NCBI GenBank assembly: GCA_022571255.1 | Contig: JACZYD010000004.1 | Span: 1 to 61,909 of the forward strand | Length of the DNA: 61,909 nt | Reading direction: 5' to 3' | Source of the DNA: Bacteroidota bacterium | GTDB lineage: Bacteria > Bacteroidota > Rhodothermia > Rhodothermales > UBA10348 | Notes under the pieces: model-generated | What the model saw: the letters and a program-made list of their open reading frames with translations, nothing else | Database searches by the model: none | Told to the model about the DNA's origin: nothing | Part shown: positions 47,426 to 56,799 of the stretch, piece by piece | Numbering within the stretch: position 1 is the first letter of the stretch | Layout: every line of letters begins with the position of its first letter | Position numbers and translations under genes: made by a program

Positions 47426-48847
47426 ATGCGTTTTTGTTTCGCTTTCGACCGCTTTGATGACAATCGCACAGGCGCGAGCCCACCTGTCTGGTCGACATCC
47501 CTCGTGCTGCTTTTGTTCGTCGTGGCTCTCGTGGGGATTCGCACCGCGAGGGCCCGGCAGAACGGGACTCCCTACTCGTCTCGGAACATTGAATTTGTAT
47601 CGCACCATCCACTCGGTGGTACGCTGGCCGTAACCGGAGAAACAACAGGCGGATTTGAAGCACTGGGCAGACGCACCGGTGATCTCACCATCGAACAGGA
47701 TGAAAACCGGCCATTCGTGTATGTGGCGAGACGATTCAACCCGTCCGGGTTTACGGCTCTTGACCTGTCCACTCCATCGGAACCCGATATTTTATACGAG
47801 TGGAATTTTGCCTCGAATCACGATGGCGTGGGCGCTACAGATATTACACATTTTAAAGCGAATGACAGGTACTACGTGGTTCTTGGTGTGCAGTTCACGA
47901 AGGACGACCCGGACAGCGAGCTTGCGGCAATCGTTTTTGATGTGACCGAGATCGCCTCCGGCAAAGTGAAGGAATCGGCACGAATCAGGCGCGTCGGGGG
48001 TTATCACCACCTTTTTGCCTACCGACATTCCAATAACATTACCTTGCTTTTCGGCGCGGGTGGTGGCACGTTGGATGGCTTCGATGTGCAGTCTCTACTC
48101 TCTGGAAACACAACTCCCGTGTTTGAGATTGAAATCCCGGAAGAAATTCCGAACGTGGATTACGGGTTTCACGATATGCAGGCCGCGTACCATGTAGAAT
48201 CGGAAGTGGACAGACTCTATACGAGCGGCGCTGGCGGATATTACGTGTATGATATCTCTGATCCGATCAACCCCTCGTTGATTGCGACGGTCTCCTCAGC
48301 GGCCATACAGATCGGTCACGGAATTTCTCCCATTCCGGATGGTTCTCTGATTGTGACTACAGCCGGGTATCGGGCTTCGCCACTTCGAATTTTTGATATC
48401 CAGCCCGCGTTCGGCGAGTCTCCTGTCCAGATCCGAACTGCTCTCGGCGCCTGGGTAGCCAACTGGAAGAATCAAACTGAAAATATGGCGGTTCGCTGGC
48501 CGTTTGTGTTTGCCGCGTCCATGGAGGATGGCTTCCAGGTCATCAATATGCGAAATCCACTCGAACCCTATACGGCAGGTTATTATCTCACGTGGGCGGG
48601 AAAATCCTCTGCGGTCTCTGACGCGGCGACCGAAAGAACCGGCGCATGGGATATCGACGTCAGAAACAGCGATGGACTGATCGTGGTCACCGATTCAAAT
48701 ACCGGGCTCTGGGCGTTTCGAATGGACGGTTTCCAGGGATGGGATGGTCGCGGTTGGGGGTATCCAAATATTTCCACCGTTCAGAACTGGGAGAACGGGC
48801 CTGTCCATTCTTCTACCTGGCCTGCCGGGGAGGATTTTCAGCCGTGA
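47426..48847 (+). CDS. Secreted LVIVD-type beta-propeller, paralogue 1 (divergent)
   Basis: Signal peptide; YYVYDISDP and FQVINMRNP blades; GYHH, FHD and IGH retained, HNH replaced by ENM. Confidence 0.8.
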   Translation: MRFCFAFDRFDDNRTGASPPVWSTSLVLLLFVVALVGIRTARARQNGTPYSSRNIEFVSHHPLGGTLAVTGETTGGFEALGRRTGDLTIEQDENRPFVYVARRFNPSGFTALDLSTPSEPDILYEWNFASNHDGVGATDITHFKANDRYYVVLGVQFTKDDPDSELAAIVFDVTEIASGKVKESARIRRVGGYHHLFAYRHSNNITLLFGAGGGTLDGFDVQSLLSGNTTPVFEIEIPEEIPNVDYGFHDMQAAYHVESEVDRLYTSGAGGYYVYDISDPINPSLIATVSSAAIQIGHGISPIPDGSLIVTTAGYRASPLRIFDIQPAFGESPVQIRTALGAWVANWKNQTENMAVRWPFVFAASMEDGFQVINMRNPLEPYTAGYYLTWAGKSSAVSDAATERTGAWDIDVRNSDGLIVVTDSNTGLWAFRMDGFQGWDGRGWGYPNISTVQNWENGPVHSSTWPAGEDFQP

Positions 48848-50253
48848 AAAACACTGCCCTTCGAACATCTTCCTGCAAAACCCTTCTTTTTTCAATCCTG
48901 GTATTTTTGCCGGCTCTGTCACCGGTCTCTGCTGCTGCCCAACGCGGCATTCAGCAACCCGTGCATCCGCCGCCCCCGGGTCTGCGTGGATCATCCAATA
49001 TCAGTGTTGTGTCACACATCCCGCTGGGCGCTCCAGGATCAGTGGCAGACATTGAGATAGAGCAGGATATGTCTCGGCCATATGCGTACGTTACCCGGCG
49101 GGCCACGTCCATAGGTTTCGATGTGATCGATCTTTCGGATCCTTACCATGCGAAGGTTATCAAGCGCTGGCGAATCGAAAACGAGGACCTTCATCAGGGC
49201 AGCGCCACAGACGGACGGCTTTTTGAACATGATGGCCGAATGTATTATGTGCAGGGTATGCAAATGCGGCAGGGAGGCCCCGACTCGGACGTAGGAGCGA
49301 TTGTTTTTGATGTCACAGATCTGCCTGATCGACTGACAGAGGTCGGCCGAATACGCCAGAGCGAGCAGCTCGGTGGTTTCCACAACATTTACATGTATAA
49401 ACACTCCTCCGGAACACCATTGTTATTCGCTACATCCGGACAATATGCGAAAGTATTCGACATGGCCATGTTCATTGACGGAGAGACCACAGAAATGGAC
49501 GCCGTGCTTCATGACGAAAATCGGGAGTTGGTCGCTCGTGTTCCGATCGCCCAGACGGAAGGCATGTGGTCGCGAGGATATCACGACTTTTATGTCGCAT
49601 ACCACGAAGAGTCAGGACAGGACCGCTTCTATGGAGGGGGAGGAAGCGGATATTACGTGTATGATGTAACAGACCTCGCGAACCCGGAACTGCTCGTCAC
49701 CATACTTGGTGTTCCAGGCGTCTCGTGGGGACACACGTTCACACCGACCCCGGATGGAAATTTTGCGATAGGAGAAACAGAATTCCAGTTTCAGCCCCTG
49801 CGCATTTTCGACCTGAGACCAGCACTGAACGGACCGGACAAAAATATTGACCACGCCATCGGTGTCTGGCACGCCGAGTGGGACGCATTGGCTCACAATC
49901 ATGAGGTCCGCTGGCCCTTCGTATTCGTGGCTGCCTATCAGAGTGGTATGACCGTTTTTGATATGTCGGATCCTACCGATCCGTTCACCGTCGCATATTA
50001 TGATACATTCAACGGCGTTCACAATGACCGCGGTGCTGCATCACGGCGTACGGGCAGCCCGTATACGTGGAATGTATATGACGGAGCATGGGGTGTTGAT
50101 GTGCGCAACGCCGACGGCCTGATTGTCGTAAGCGATCAGTCGACGGGATTCTGGGCGTTCAGGATGGAGGGTTTTGAGCGCTGGCGAGGCGAGGACTGGG
50201 GGATGCCCGATGTCTCCAGCGCCCAGGATTGGGATCCGGTTCCCGTAAGATGA
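48844..50253 (+). CDS. Secreted LVIVD-type beta-propeller, paralogue 2
   Basis: GTG overlaps the upstream TGA; signal peptide; GGFHN, YHD, WGHTF, AHNHE. Confidence 0.85.
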   Translation: MKNTALRTSSCKTLLFSILVFLPALSPVSAAAQRGIQQPVHPPPPGLRGSSNISVVSHIPLGAPGSVADIEIEQDMSRPYAYVTRRATSIGFDVIDLSDPYHAKVIKRWRIENEDLHQGSATDGRLFEHDGRMYYVQGMQMRQGGPDSDVGAIVFDVTDLPDRLTEVGRIRQSEQLGGFHNIYMYKHSSGTPLLFATSGQYAKVFDMAMFIDGETTEMDAVLHDENRELVARVPIAQTEGMWSRGYHDFYVAYHEESGQDRFYGGGGSGYYVYDVTDLANPELLVTILGVPGVSWGHTFTPTPDGNFAIGETEFQFQPLRIFDLRPALNGPDKNIDHAIGVWHAEWDALAHNHEVRWPFVFVAAYQSGMTVFDMSDPTDPFTVAYYDTFNGVHNDRGAASRRTGSPYTWNVYDGAWGVDVRNADGLIVVSDQSTGFWAFRMEGFERWRGEDWGMPDVSSAQDWDPVPVR

Positions 50254-50325
50254 CATGACATGCTTCCAGACTTCCTCCATATATCAAACATCAGACCAAT
50301 CCATACGTCCACCCACCGCCAGATC

Positions 50326-51666
50326 ATGAAACATCTCTTTTTCCGACTGTTTTTTCTGCTGACTGCTGCCGGCCTTTCGGCAAGCCCCGCTCGCGCGCAA
50401 AACACGCAGTCTACGGCCCTGCGCCGGGGCACTGACAATATCAGCGTCGAAGGACACGTTCCTCTGGGGGCGCGAATGAGTGTTACTGACCTGGAAGTGG
50501 AACAGGAATTGTCCCGTCCTTTCGCATATGTCGGACGAGCGTCGATTCTTAAAGAGGGCCCGAAAGGCATGGATATCATTGATATCAGCGACCCGACGAG
50601 CCCGCGGGTAATACTCAGATGGCGTCTTGAAAATCAGGATCTGCTCCCGAATCGCGGCGGTATGGACGTCAAGTATTTCAAATACAAGGGGCGCTATTAC
50701 GTGGTGCAGTCTTTTGAATTTGGTGGAGGACCTGAACATGACCTCGCAGCAATCATTTTTGATGTAACCGGCCTTCCTGATCCATCAACAGTCACAGAGG
50801 TAACCCGCATGCGCACACCGGACACCCCGGGCGGCTTCCACAATATTTTTATCTACAAACATTCCACGGGCAGAATCCTTCTTCTGGCCACGGCACGCAC
50901 CGGGATGGCTCACGCTTATGATCTGGGGATGATCGTTGACGGCGACGAGGAAAACGCCCTGGTCGGTCAGATTCCAATTCCATCCTCAGCGGGTCCGGAC
51001 CAACGACGAACATCCTATCACGACCTGTACGCTGCCTGGCATCCTGATACGGAACAGGATCGGTTTTATGGAGGTGGCACCGGAGGTTATTACGTCTTTG
51101 ACATCACGGACCTTGACAATCCCACACTCCAGATCTCGATTACCGGTGTGAGCGGAGTAGATTGGGGTCACACGTTTACGCCCAGTCCGGATGGCCGATA
51201 TGTGGTTGCCGAGGCTGAATATCAGTATGCACCGCTTCGCATTTTTGATCTGAAACCAGCTCTTGACGGAGAGGTCACCAATATTCGGCGTCCTGTCTCG
51301 GCCTGGACAGCCAACTGGAAAAACCTGGTTCATAACCACGAAGTGCGCTGGCCGTATGTATTCGTTTCAGGATATCTGGACGGATTGCAGATATTTTCGC
51401 TGCAGGACCCGGAAAATCCACGCACGGTCGGATATTACGACACGTATACCGGCCCGCCCACGTACGAATGGATTGAGGTAATCAATGGCGCATTCGGAGT
51501 GGATGTCCGAAATGCAGACGGCCTCATTGTGGTCTCAGATATGACGACAGGATTCTGGACGTTCCGCATGGAGGGATTCGACGGATGGAATGGAGAAGAC
51601 TGGGGAATGCCCGATATTTCGAGCGCCCAGGATTGGGACGAAGAAACACGAGAAGGCACACATTAG
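50326..51666 (+). CDS. Secreted LVIVD-type beta-propeller, paralogue 3
   Basis: MKHLFF..ARAQ signal; MDIIDISDP; GGFHN, YHD, WGHTF, VHNHE. Confidence 0.87.
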   Translation: MKHLFFRLFFLLTAAGLSASPARAQNTQSTALRRGTDNISVEGHVPLGARMSVTDLEVEQELSRPFAYVGRASILKEGPKGMDIIDISDPTSPRVILRWRLENQDLLPNRGGMDVKYFKYKGRYYVVQSFEFGGGPEHDLAAIIFDVTGLPDPSTVTEVTRMRTPDTPGGFHNIFIYKHSTGRILLLATARTGMAHAYDLGMIVDGDEENALVGQIPIPSSAGPDQRRTSYHDLYAAWHPDTEQDRFYGGGTGGYYVFDITDLDNPTLQISITGVSGVDWGHTFTPSPDGRYVVAEAEYQYAPLRIFDLKPALDGEVTNIRRPVSAWTANWKNLVHNHEVRWPYVFVSGYLDGLQIFSLQDPENPRTVGYYDTYTGPPTYEWIEVINGAFGVDVRNADGLIVVSDMTTGFWTFRMEGFDGWNGEDWGMPDISSAQDWDEETREGTH

Positions 51667-51723
51667 GATTGGAGAGAAGCAACACGAGAAGGCACGAATC
51701 AGGATTGGAGAGTCTGCACGAAT
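51628..51723. repeat. 36-nt tandem duplication of the paralogue-3 3' end (2 copies plus 1 partial)
   Basis: caggattgggacgaagaaacacgagaaggcacacat / taggattggagagaagcaacacgagaaggcacgaat / caggattggagagtctgcacgaat. Confidence 0.8.
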
Positions 51724-51775
51724 AGGCAATGCCCGTTTTGTCTCGAATTGAATTTTATCACGAATTGAGGGAGTC

Positions 51776-53104
51776 ATGAAAAAACCCATATTGCCGGTTG
51801 TTCTTTTACTGCTTGCTGCGAGCGTTTCGCAGCCTTCGAGCGCTCAATGGAACGCTCAGGAGCGCGGAACAGCCAACATCACCGTCTCCGGACACATCCC
51901 ACTCGGAGCAGCGCTGAACACGATGGATATTGAGATCGAACAGGAAATGAGCAGGCCATACGCCTATGTCTCGCGAGGATATATTGGAAGCGAAACGGGT
52001 GTCTATGGAACAGATATTATCGATCTGAGCGATCCGGACAACCCCTCTGTATTACTGAGATGGCGCATCGAGAATCAGGATTTACATACCATGCTGGGCG
52101 GTATGGATGTAAAATATTTCAAGTGGAATGACCGCTATTATGTAGTCCAGTCGTATCAGTTTTTCGGCGGTCCGGACTCGGACCTCGGCGCTATCATCCT
52201 GGACGTGACAAATCTCCCTGATGCTGCGTCTGTGACGGACGTGGCCAGGATTCGAAACTCCGAGAATCCGGGTGGCTTCCACAATATTTTTATCTATAAA
52301 CATTCGAACGGCCGCGTCTATTTGCTGGCCACCACACAGAATACATATGCCCAGGTCTACGATCTCGGGCGCGTCGTCGAAGGAAACGTTGAAAATGCTC
52401 TGGTGGGCACGATTCCGGTTCCAGAAGGCGCCGAAGGTGATTATCGAGGTTATCATGATCTGTATGCTGCCTGGCATCCGGATACCGAACAGGATCGTTT
52501 TTACGGTGGGGGAACGGGCGGGTATTACGTCTACAACATCACTGACATTGATAATCCCACCCTCGAGATTTCGATCACCGGTGTAAGCGGCGTCACCTGG
52601 GGTCACACATTTACGCCCAGTCCCGACGGTCGGTACGCGGTTGGAGAAACGGAGTATCAGTATGCACCGCTTCGCATTTTTGATCTGAAGCCCGCCTTGG
52701 ACGGCGAGGTTACGAACATCCGCAGCCCGATATCGGCGTGGACGGCCAACTGGAAAAACCTCGCACACAATCACGAAGTGCGCTGGCCGTACGTATTTGT
52801 CTCAGCATATCACGATGGGCTTCAGGTGTTTTCGTTGCAGGATCCGGAAAATCCGCGCACGGTCGGATATTACGACACGTATATCGGCCCAGGAGACGTC
52901 GGGGCAATGGACGGGATCGCGAACGGCGCATTCGGAGTGGATGTCCGCAATGCAGACGGCCTCATTGTGGTCTCAGATATGACGACAGGATTCTGGACGT
53001 TCCGTATGGAGGGATTCGACGGATGGAATGGAGAAGACTGGGGAATGCCCAATATTTCGAGCGCCCAGGATTTTGACCAGGAGCCCAAAGAAGGCACTAA
53101 CTGA
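51776..53104 (+). CDS. Secreted LVIVD-type beta-propeller, paralogue 4
   Basis: GAGGGAG RBS; MKKP..SSAQ signal; GGFHN, YHD, WGHTF, AHNHE, AYHDG. Confidence 0.88.
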   Translation: MKKPILPVVLLLLAASVSQPSSAQWNAQERGTANITVSGHIPLGAALNTMDIEIEQEMSRPYAYVSRGYIGSETGVYGTDIIDLSDPDNPSVLLRWRIENQDLHTMLGGMDVKYFKWNDRYYVVQSYQFFGGPDSDLGAIILDVTNLPDAASVTDVARIRNSENPGGFHNIFIYKHSNGRVYLLATTQNTYAQVYDLGRVVEGNVENALVGTIPVPEGAEGDYRGYHDLYAAWHPDTEQDRFYGGGTGGYYVYNITDIDNPTLEISITGVSGVTWGHTFTPSPDGRYAVGETEYQYAPLRIFDLKPALDGEVTNIRSPISAWTANWKNLAHNHEVRWPYVFVSAYHDGLQVFSLQDPENPRTVGYYDTYIGPGDVGAMDGIANGAFGVDVRNADGLIVVSDMTTGFWTFRMEGFDGWNGEDWGMPNISSAQDFDQEPKEGTN

Positions 53105-53138
53105 GTACATCACGACACGACACGACACGAAAACTATC

Positions 53139-54458
53139 ATGAAACGATTCGTTTTTACACTGATTGCTGCATCTTTCCTCTTTTTGCCGGTTGATCCGGC
53201 TGCAGCCCAATGGACACCGGAAAAACCGGGAAGCGATAATATCGAGGTTCTCGGACACATTCCTCTGGGGCCTACGCTGAGCGTTGCAGACATGGACGTT
53301 GAACAGGAATTAAGTCGCCCATACGCATACGTCGCTCGCATGAAATATGGTGAGGCCGGAGTTCGGGGCACCGACATCATCGATCTTTCCGATCCTTCCA
53401 ACCCGCGGGTAATCTACCGCTGGCGCATTGAAAATCAGGATTTACATACCGGTACGGGCGGCATGGACGTCAAACACTTCAAATGGAATGGTCGGTATTA
53501 CGTGGTGCAGTCACTGCAATTCCGTCAGGGACCCGACAATGATCTGGGCGCAGTGATTCTCGATGTCAGTGGTCTGCCTGACCCATCCACCGTACATGAG
53601 GTGGCCCGGATTCGGGAACCGGATATGCCGGGTGGCTTCCATAATATTTTTATTTACAAGCATACCAACGGACGCGTCTTGCTCGTCACGACAATACGAG
53701 GATCCGGCGCAAACGTGTATGACCTCGGGCGCGTGGTCGAAGGTGATGTAGAGAACGCTCTGGTGGGAAATATCCCGAATCCGGGCAATGACGGACAGGG
53801 CAGTTACCACGATTTTTATCTGGGCTATGACACCGATTCAGACCAGGATCGCTTCTACGGAGGCGGAACCGGTGGCTACTATGTGTACAATATCACAGAT
53901 CTCGACAATCCCGAATTACTCGTCACGCTGACCGGCATAAGTGGAGTCCGTCGCGGTCACACGTTTACACCCACTCCGGACGGCCGGTACGCCATCGCGG
54001 AAACCGAATACAAATATGCTCCCCTTCGCGTTTTCGACCTGAAGCCGGCACTGGACGGGGACGTAACAAATATTTCTGCCCCCATCGGAGCGTGGACGGC
54101 TGACTGGGAAAACCTGGCGCATAACCACGAGGTACGCTGGCCGTTTGTATTCGTATCAGCCTATCATGATGGACTTCAGATCTTCAACATGATGGATCCC
54201 GCGAACCCTGTGACGGTCGGTTATTATGACACCTACACCGGATCCACTCATATAGGTGGAATGGGCGGCATAGCAAACGGCGCGTTCGGCGTAGACGTTC
54301 GCAACGCTGATGGCCTCATCGTAGTCAGCGATATGAGCACCGGAATCTGGACTTTCCACATGGAAGGGTTCGATGGGTGGAACGGCGAAGACTGGGGTGT
54401 ACCCAACGTATCGAGCGCTCAAAAGTGGGATGAGGAGTCCAGGGAAGGAACACGATAG
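53139..54458 (+). CDS. Secreted LVIVD-type beta-propeller, paralogue 5
   Basis: MKRF..AAAQ signal; GGFHN, YHD, RGHTF, AHNHE, AYHDG. Confidence 0.88.
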   Translation: MKRFVFTLIAASFLFLPVDPAAAQWTPEKPGSDNIEVLGHIPLGPTLSVADMDVEQELSRPYAYVARMKYGEAGVRGTDIIDLSDPSNPRVIYRWRIENQDLHTGTGGMDVKHFKWNGRYYVVQSLQFRQGPDNDLGAVILDVSGLPDPSTVHEVARIREPDMPGGFHNIFIYKHTNGRVLLVTTIRGSGANVYDLGRVVEGDVENALVGNIPNPGNDGQGSYHDFYLGYDTDSDQDRFYGGGTGGYYVYNITDLDNPELLVTLTGISGVRRGHTFTPTPDGRYAIAETEYKYAPLRVFDLKPALDGDVTNISAPIGAWTADWENLAHNHEVRWPFVFVSAYHDGLQIFNMMDPANPVTVGYYDTYTGSTHIGGMGGIANGAFGVDVRNADGLIVVSDMSTGIWTFHMEGFDGWNGEDWGVPNVSSAQKWDEESREGTR

Positions 54459-54466
54459 GAATTCGG

Positions 54467-55045
54467 ATGCGGCAGGCTGCACTCTATATATCGGCCCTTC
54501 TTTTCACGGTCGCGCTCCTGACCGGGGGCTGGACCACAGGACCTGCGCGTGATTTGTCCTCGTCGCGTATCTGTTTGAATCGCTCGCAGGATCCGGACCC
54601 ACCCGTTTATTATGCGATCGACCTCGTAACCACCCGAAAGATTCGAGGGGCGAGGCGTGCGACAGGGACGGGCAATGTGACGTATGCCCACTCCCCTTTC
54701 GGCGTCTCGATAAGTAAATCCGGGAACTACGTGTATGACCTCAGTATCCAACTTGAAAAAATCAGCGACTCAATCGGTGGTCGGCTTGTCGCCTGGGTCA
54801 CCACGACTGATCTGAAGGATATCCGCTTGCTGGGTGTACTCGACGGTTCTTTAGCAGCAGGAGGACGTGTGGACTTCAACAAGTTCCTGGTTGTGATCAC
54901 ACTCGAGCCGGAAAATGAAGAAGTGGGCGATATGTGGACGGGTCCGGTGGTCCTGCGGGGCATGTCGCGCAGTGGTCTGATGCACACTAAAGCGGGTCAT
55001 GGACCGTTTCAGACCGAAAATTGCGCTTCGTACGGTTACAATTGA
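54467..55045 (+). CDS. Exported hypothetical protein with an RskA-C-terminal-like pattern and His/Met tail
   Basis: Signal peptide; VAW..LG.L..VITLEP..TGPVVLRG; tail MHTKAGH; TGATG overlap with the next gene. Confidence 0.7.
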   Translation: MRQAALYISALLFTVALLTGGWTTGPARDLSSSRICLNRSQDPDPPVYYAIDLVTTRKIRGARRATGTGNVTYAHSPFGVSISKSGNYVYDLSIQLEKISDSIGGRLVAWVTTTDLKDIRLLGVLDGSLAAGGRVDFNKFLVVITLEPENEEVGDMWTGPVVLRGMSRSGLMHTKAGHGPFQTENCASYGYN

Positions 55046-56793
55046 TGTCTACACTCCGGACCAGGAACGGGCGACGAATCACGTTCGATAGTTGTTTTCA
55101 TCTGTCTCTGATTCTGTGCCTGTCGCTGATGTCGGTTCATTCTGCTCGCGGTCAGGATATGCAAATGGATCATGCCCGGATGGAGACAACAACCGGCGAC
55201 AGCCTCATGTGGCGTATGCCGCCGATGAACATGGCGATGCCTATGCTGCCCGGACTCAAAAACGCGGTTCCCATGACGGGTCCATATCTGCCGGGAGTCG
55301 GATTGGATCCCATGATGTTTCCGGAGGCAAAGCCGAGAGAAATTCTTGAAATGGCTGACGGCGATTCGCTTCGCCTGGAAGCCTCACTCATTCGCCGCAC
55401 GATAGGCGAAAGGACGTTTATCATGTACGGCTACAATGGGCAATACCCGGGTCCGCTGATTCGCGCGGACCAGGGAGCAACGATCACCGTACATTTTGTA
55501 AACAACATCGAGTTGCCAACCACTGTTCACTGGCATGGACTCCGGCTTGACAATGCGAGCGATGGTGTTCCCGGTGTGACCCAGGATCCCGTTTTCACAG
55601 GTGAATCGTTCACCTACACGCTTCATTTCCGCGATACGGGCCTGTACTGGTACCATCCTCACATGCGCGAGGATATCCAGCAGGATCTTGGATTGTACGG
55701 AAATATGCTGGTCGACCCGCTGGAGCCTGATTATTATGCTCCTGCCAACCGGGAGGAGGTGATTATCCTGGACGATCTGCTGATGGACGCGGCAGGACTA
55801 TTCCCTTTTGGTGAATCGACGCCCACCCATGCTCTGATGGGCCGCTTCGGTAACGTCATGCTGGTCAATGGTCAGACGTCGTATTCGCTGTCTGTCAATC
55901 GGGGAGACGTGGTCCGATTTTATCTGACGAACGTCGCTAATTCCAGAACTTTCAACGTAGTGTTTGATGGAGCGCCCATCAAGATAGTCGCTTCCGACGT
56001 GAGCAAGTTCGAGCGCGAGCAATGGGTCGAAAGCATAGTGATCAGCCCGGCAGAGAGATACGTCGTGGACGTGCGATTTGAAGAAGATCGAACGTACAGA
56101 ATGACCAATACGATACAGGCCATTAATCACTTCCGTGGTGAGTTTTATCCCCATGTGGACACGCTCGGGACGATTCGGGTAAACCAGACCGCGGCATCCC
56201 CTGATTTTTCCAAGAGTTTCTCCACGCTGAGAGAAAATTCGGACGTTCAAGACGACATCGACCGTTACCGGCAGTATTTCGATCGAGAACCCGACCACTC
56301 CCTGGAGCTGACGGTTCGAGTCCACAACCTCCCACTCTCGATTGTTCGAATGATGGAAATCGACACGTTATATATCCCTCCGATGGAATGGAACGACGCG
56401 ATGCCCATGATGAACTGGCTTTCAGGCGGCGATCAGGTAGAATGGATTATAAGGGACATCGACACGGGCCGCGAGAACATGGATCTCGGATGGAAATTCC
56501 GCACAGGCGACGTATCCAAAATACGGATTTTCAACAATCCCAGGACGTTTCACCCGATGAACCATCCTTTCCACATGCACGGTCAACGGTTCCTGGTCCT
56601 TTCTTTCGACGGCGTTCCGAATCCGAACATGGTCTGGAAAGATACGGTGATCATCCCGGTGGGTTCGACCGTCGACATCCTGCTCGACACGGACAACCCC
56701 GGAAAGTGGATGGCGCACTGCCACATCGCAGAACATTTGCATGCCGGCATGATGATGATGTTCGAGGTGGTCGATGAACTGGACCCGCAGTAA
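55045..56793 (+). CDS. Three-domain multicopper oxidase with Met-rich N-terminus
   Basis: HWHG, WYHPH, HPFHMHG, HCHIAEHLHAGM (T1 axial Met); signal peptide. Confidence 0.95.
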   Translation: MSTLRTRNGRRITFDSCFHLSLILCLSLMSVHSARGQDMQMDHARMETTTGDSLMWRMPPMNMAMPMLPGLKNAVPMTGPYLPGVGLDPMMFPEAKPREILEMADGDSLRLEASLIRRTIGERTFIMYGYNGQYPGPLIRADQGATITVHFVNNIELPTTVHWHGLRLDNASDGVPGVTQDPVFTGESFTYTLHFRDTGLYWYHPHMREDIQQDLGLYGNMLVDPLEPDYYAPANREEVIILDDLLMDAAGLFPFGESTPTHALMGRFGNVMLVNGQTSYSLSVNRGDVVRFYLTNVANSRTFNVVFDGAPIKIVASDVSKFEREQWVESIVISPAERYVVDVRFEEDRTYRMTNTIQAINHFRGEFYPHVDTLGTIRVNQTAASPDFSKSFSTLRENSDVQDDIDRYRQYFDREPDHSLELTVRVHNLPLSIVRMMEIDTLYIPPMEWNDAMPMMNWLSGGDQVEWIIRDIDTGRENMDLGWKFRTGDVSKIRIFNNPRTFHPMNHPFHMHGQRFLVLSFDGVPNPNMVWKDTVIIPVGSTVDILLDTDNPGKWMAHCHIAEHLHAGMMMMFEVVDELDPQ

Positions 56794-56799
56794 GCAGCG

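Noticed and set aside
47426-56793. Diversity-generating retroelement acting on the propeller genes
   Set aside because: No reverse transcriptase or non-coding template repeat; the shared tract is coding in both copies and the variable loops differ by indels.
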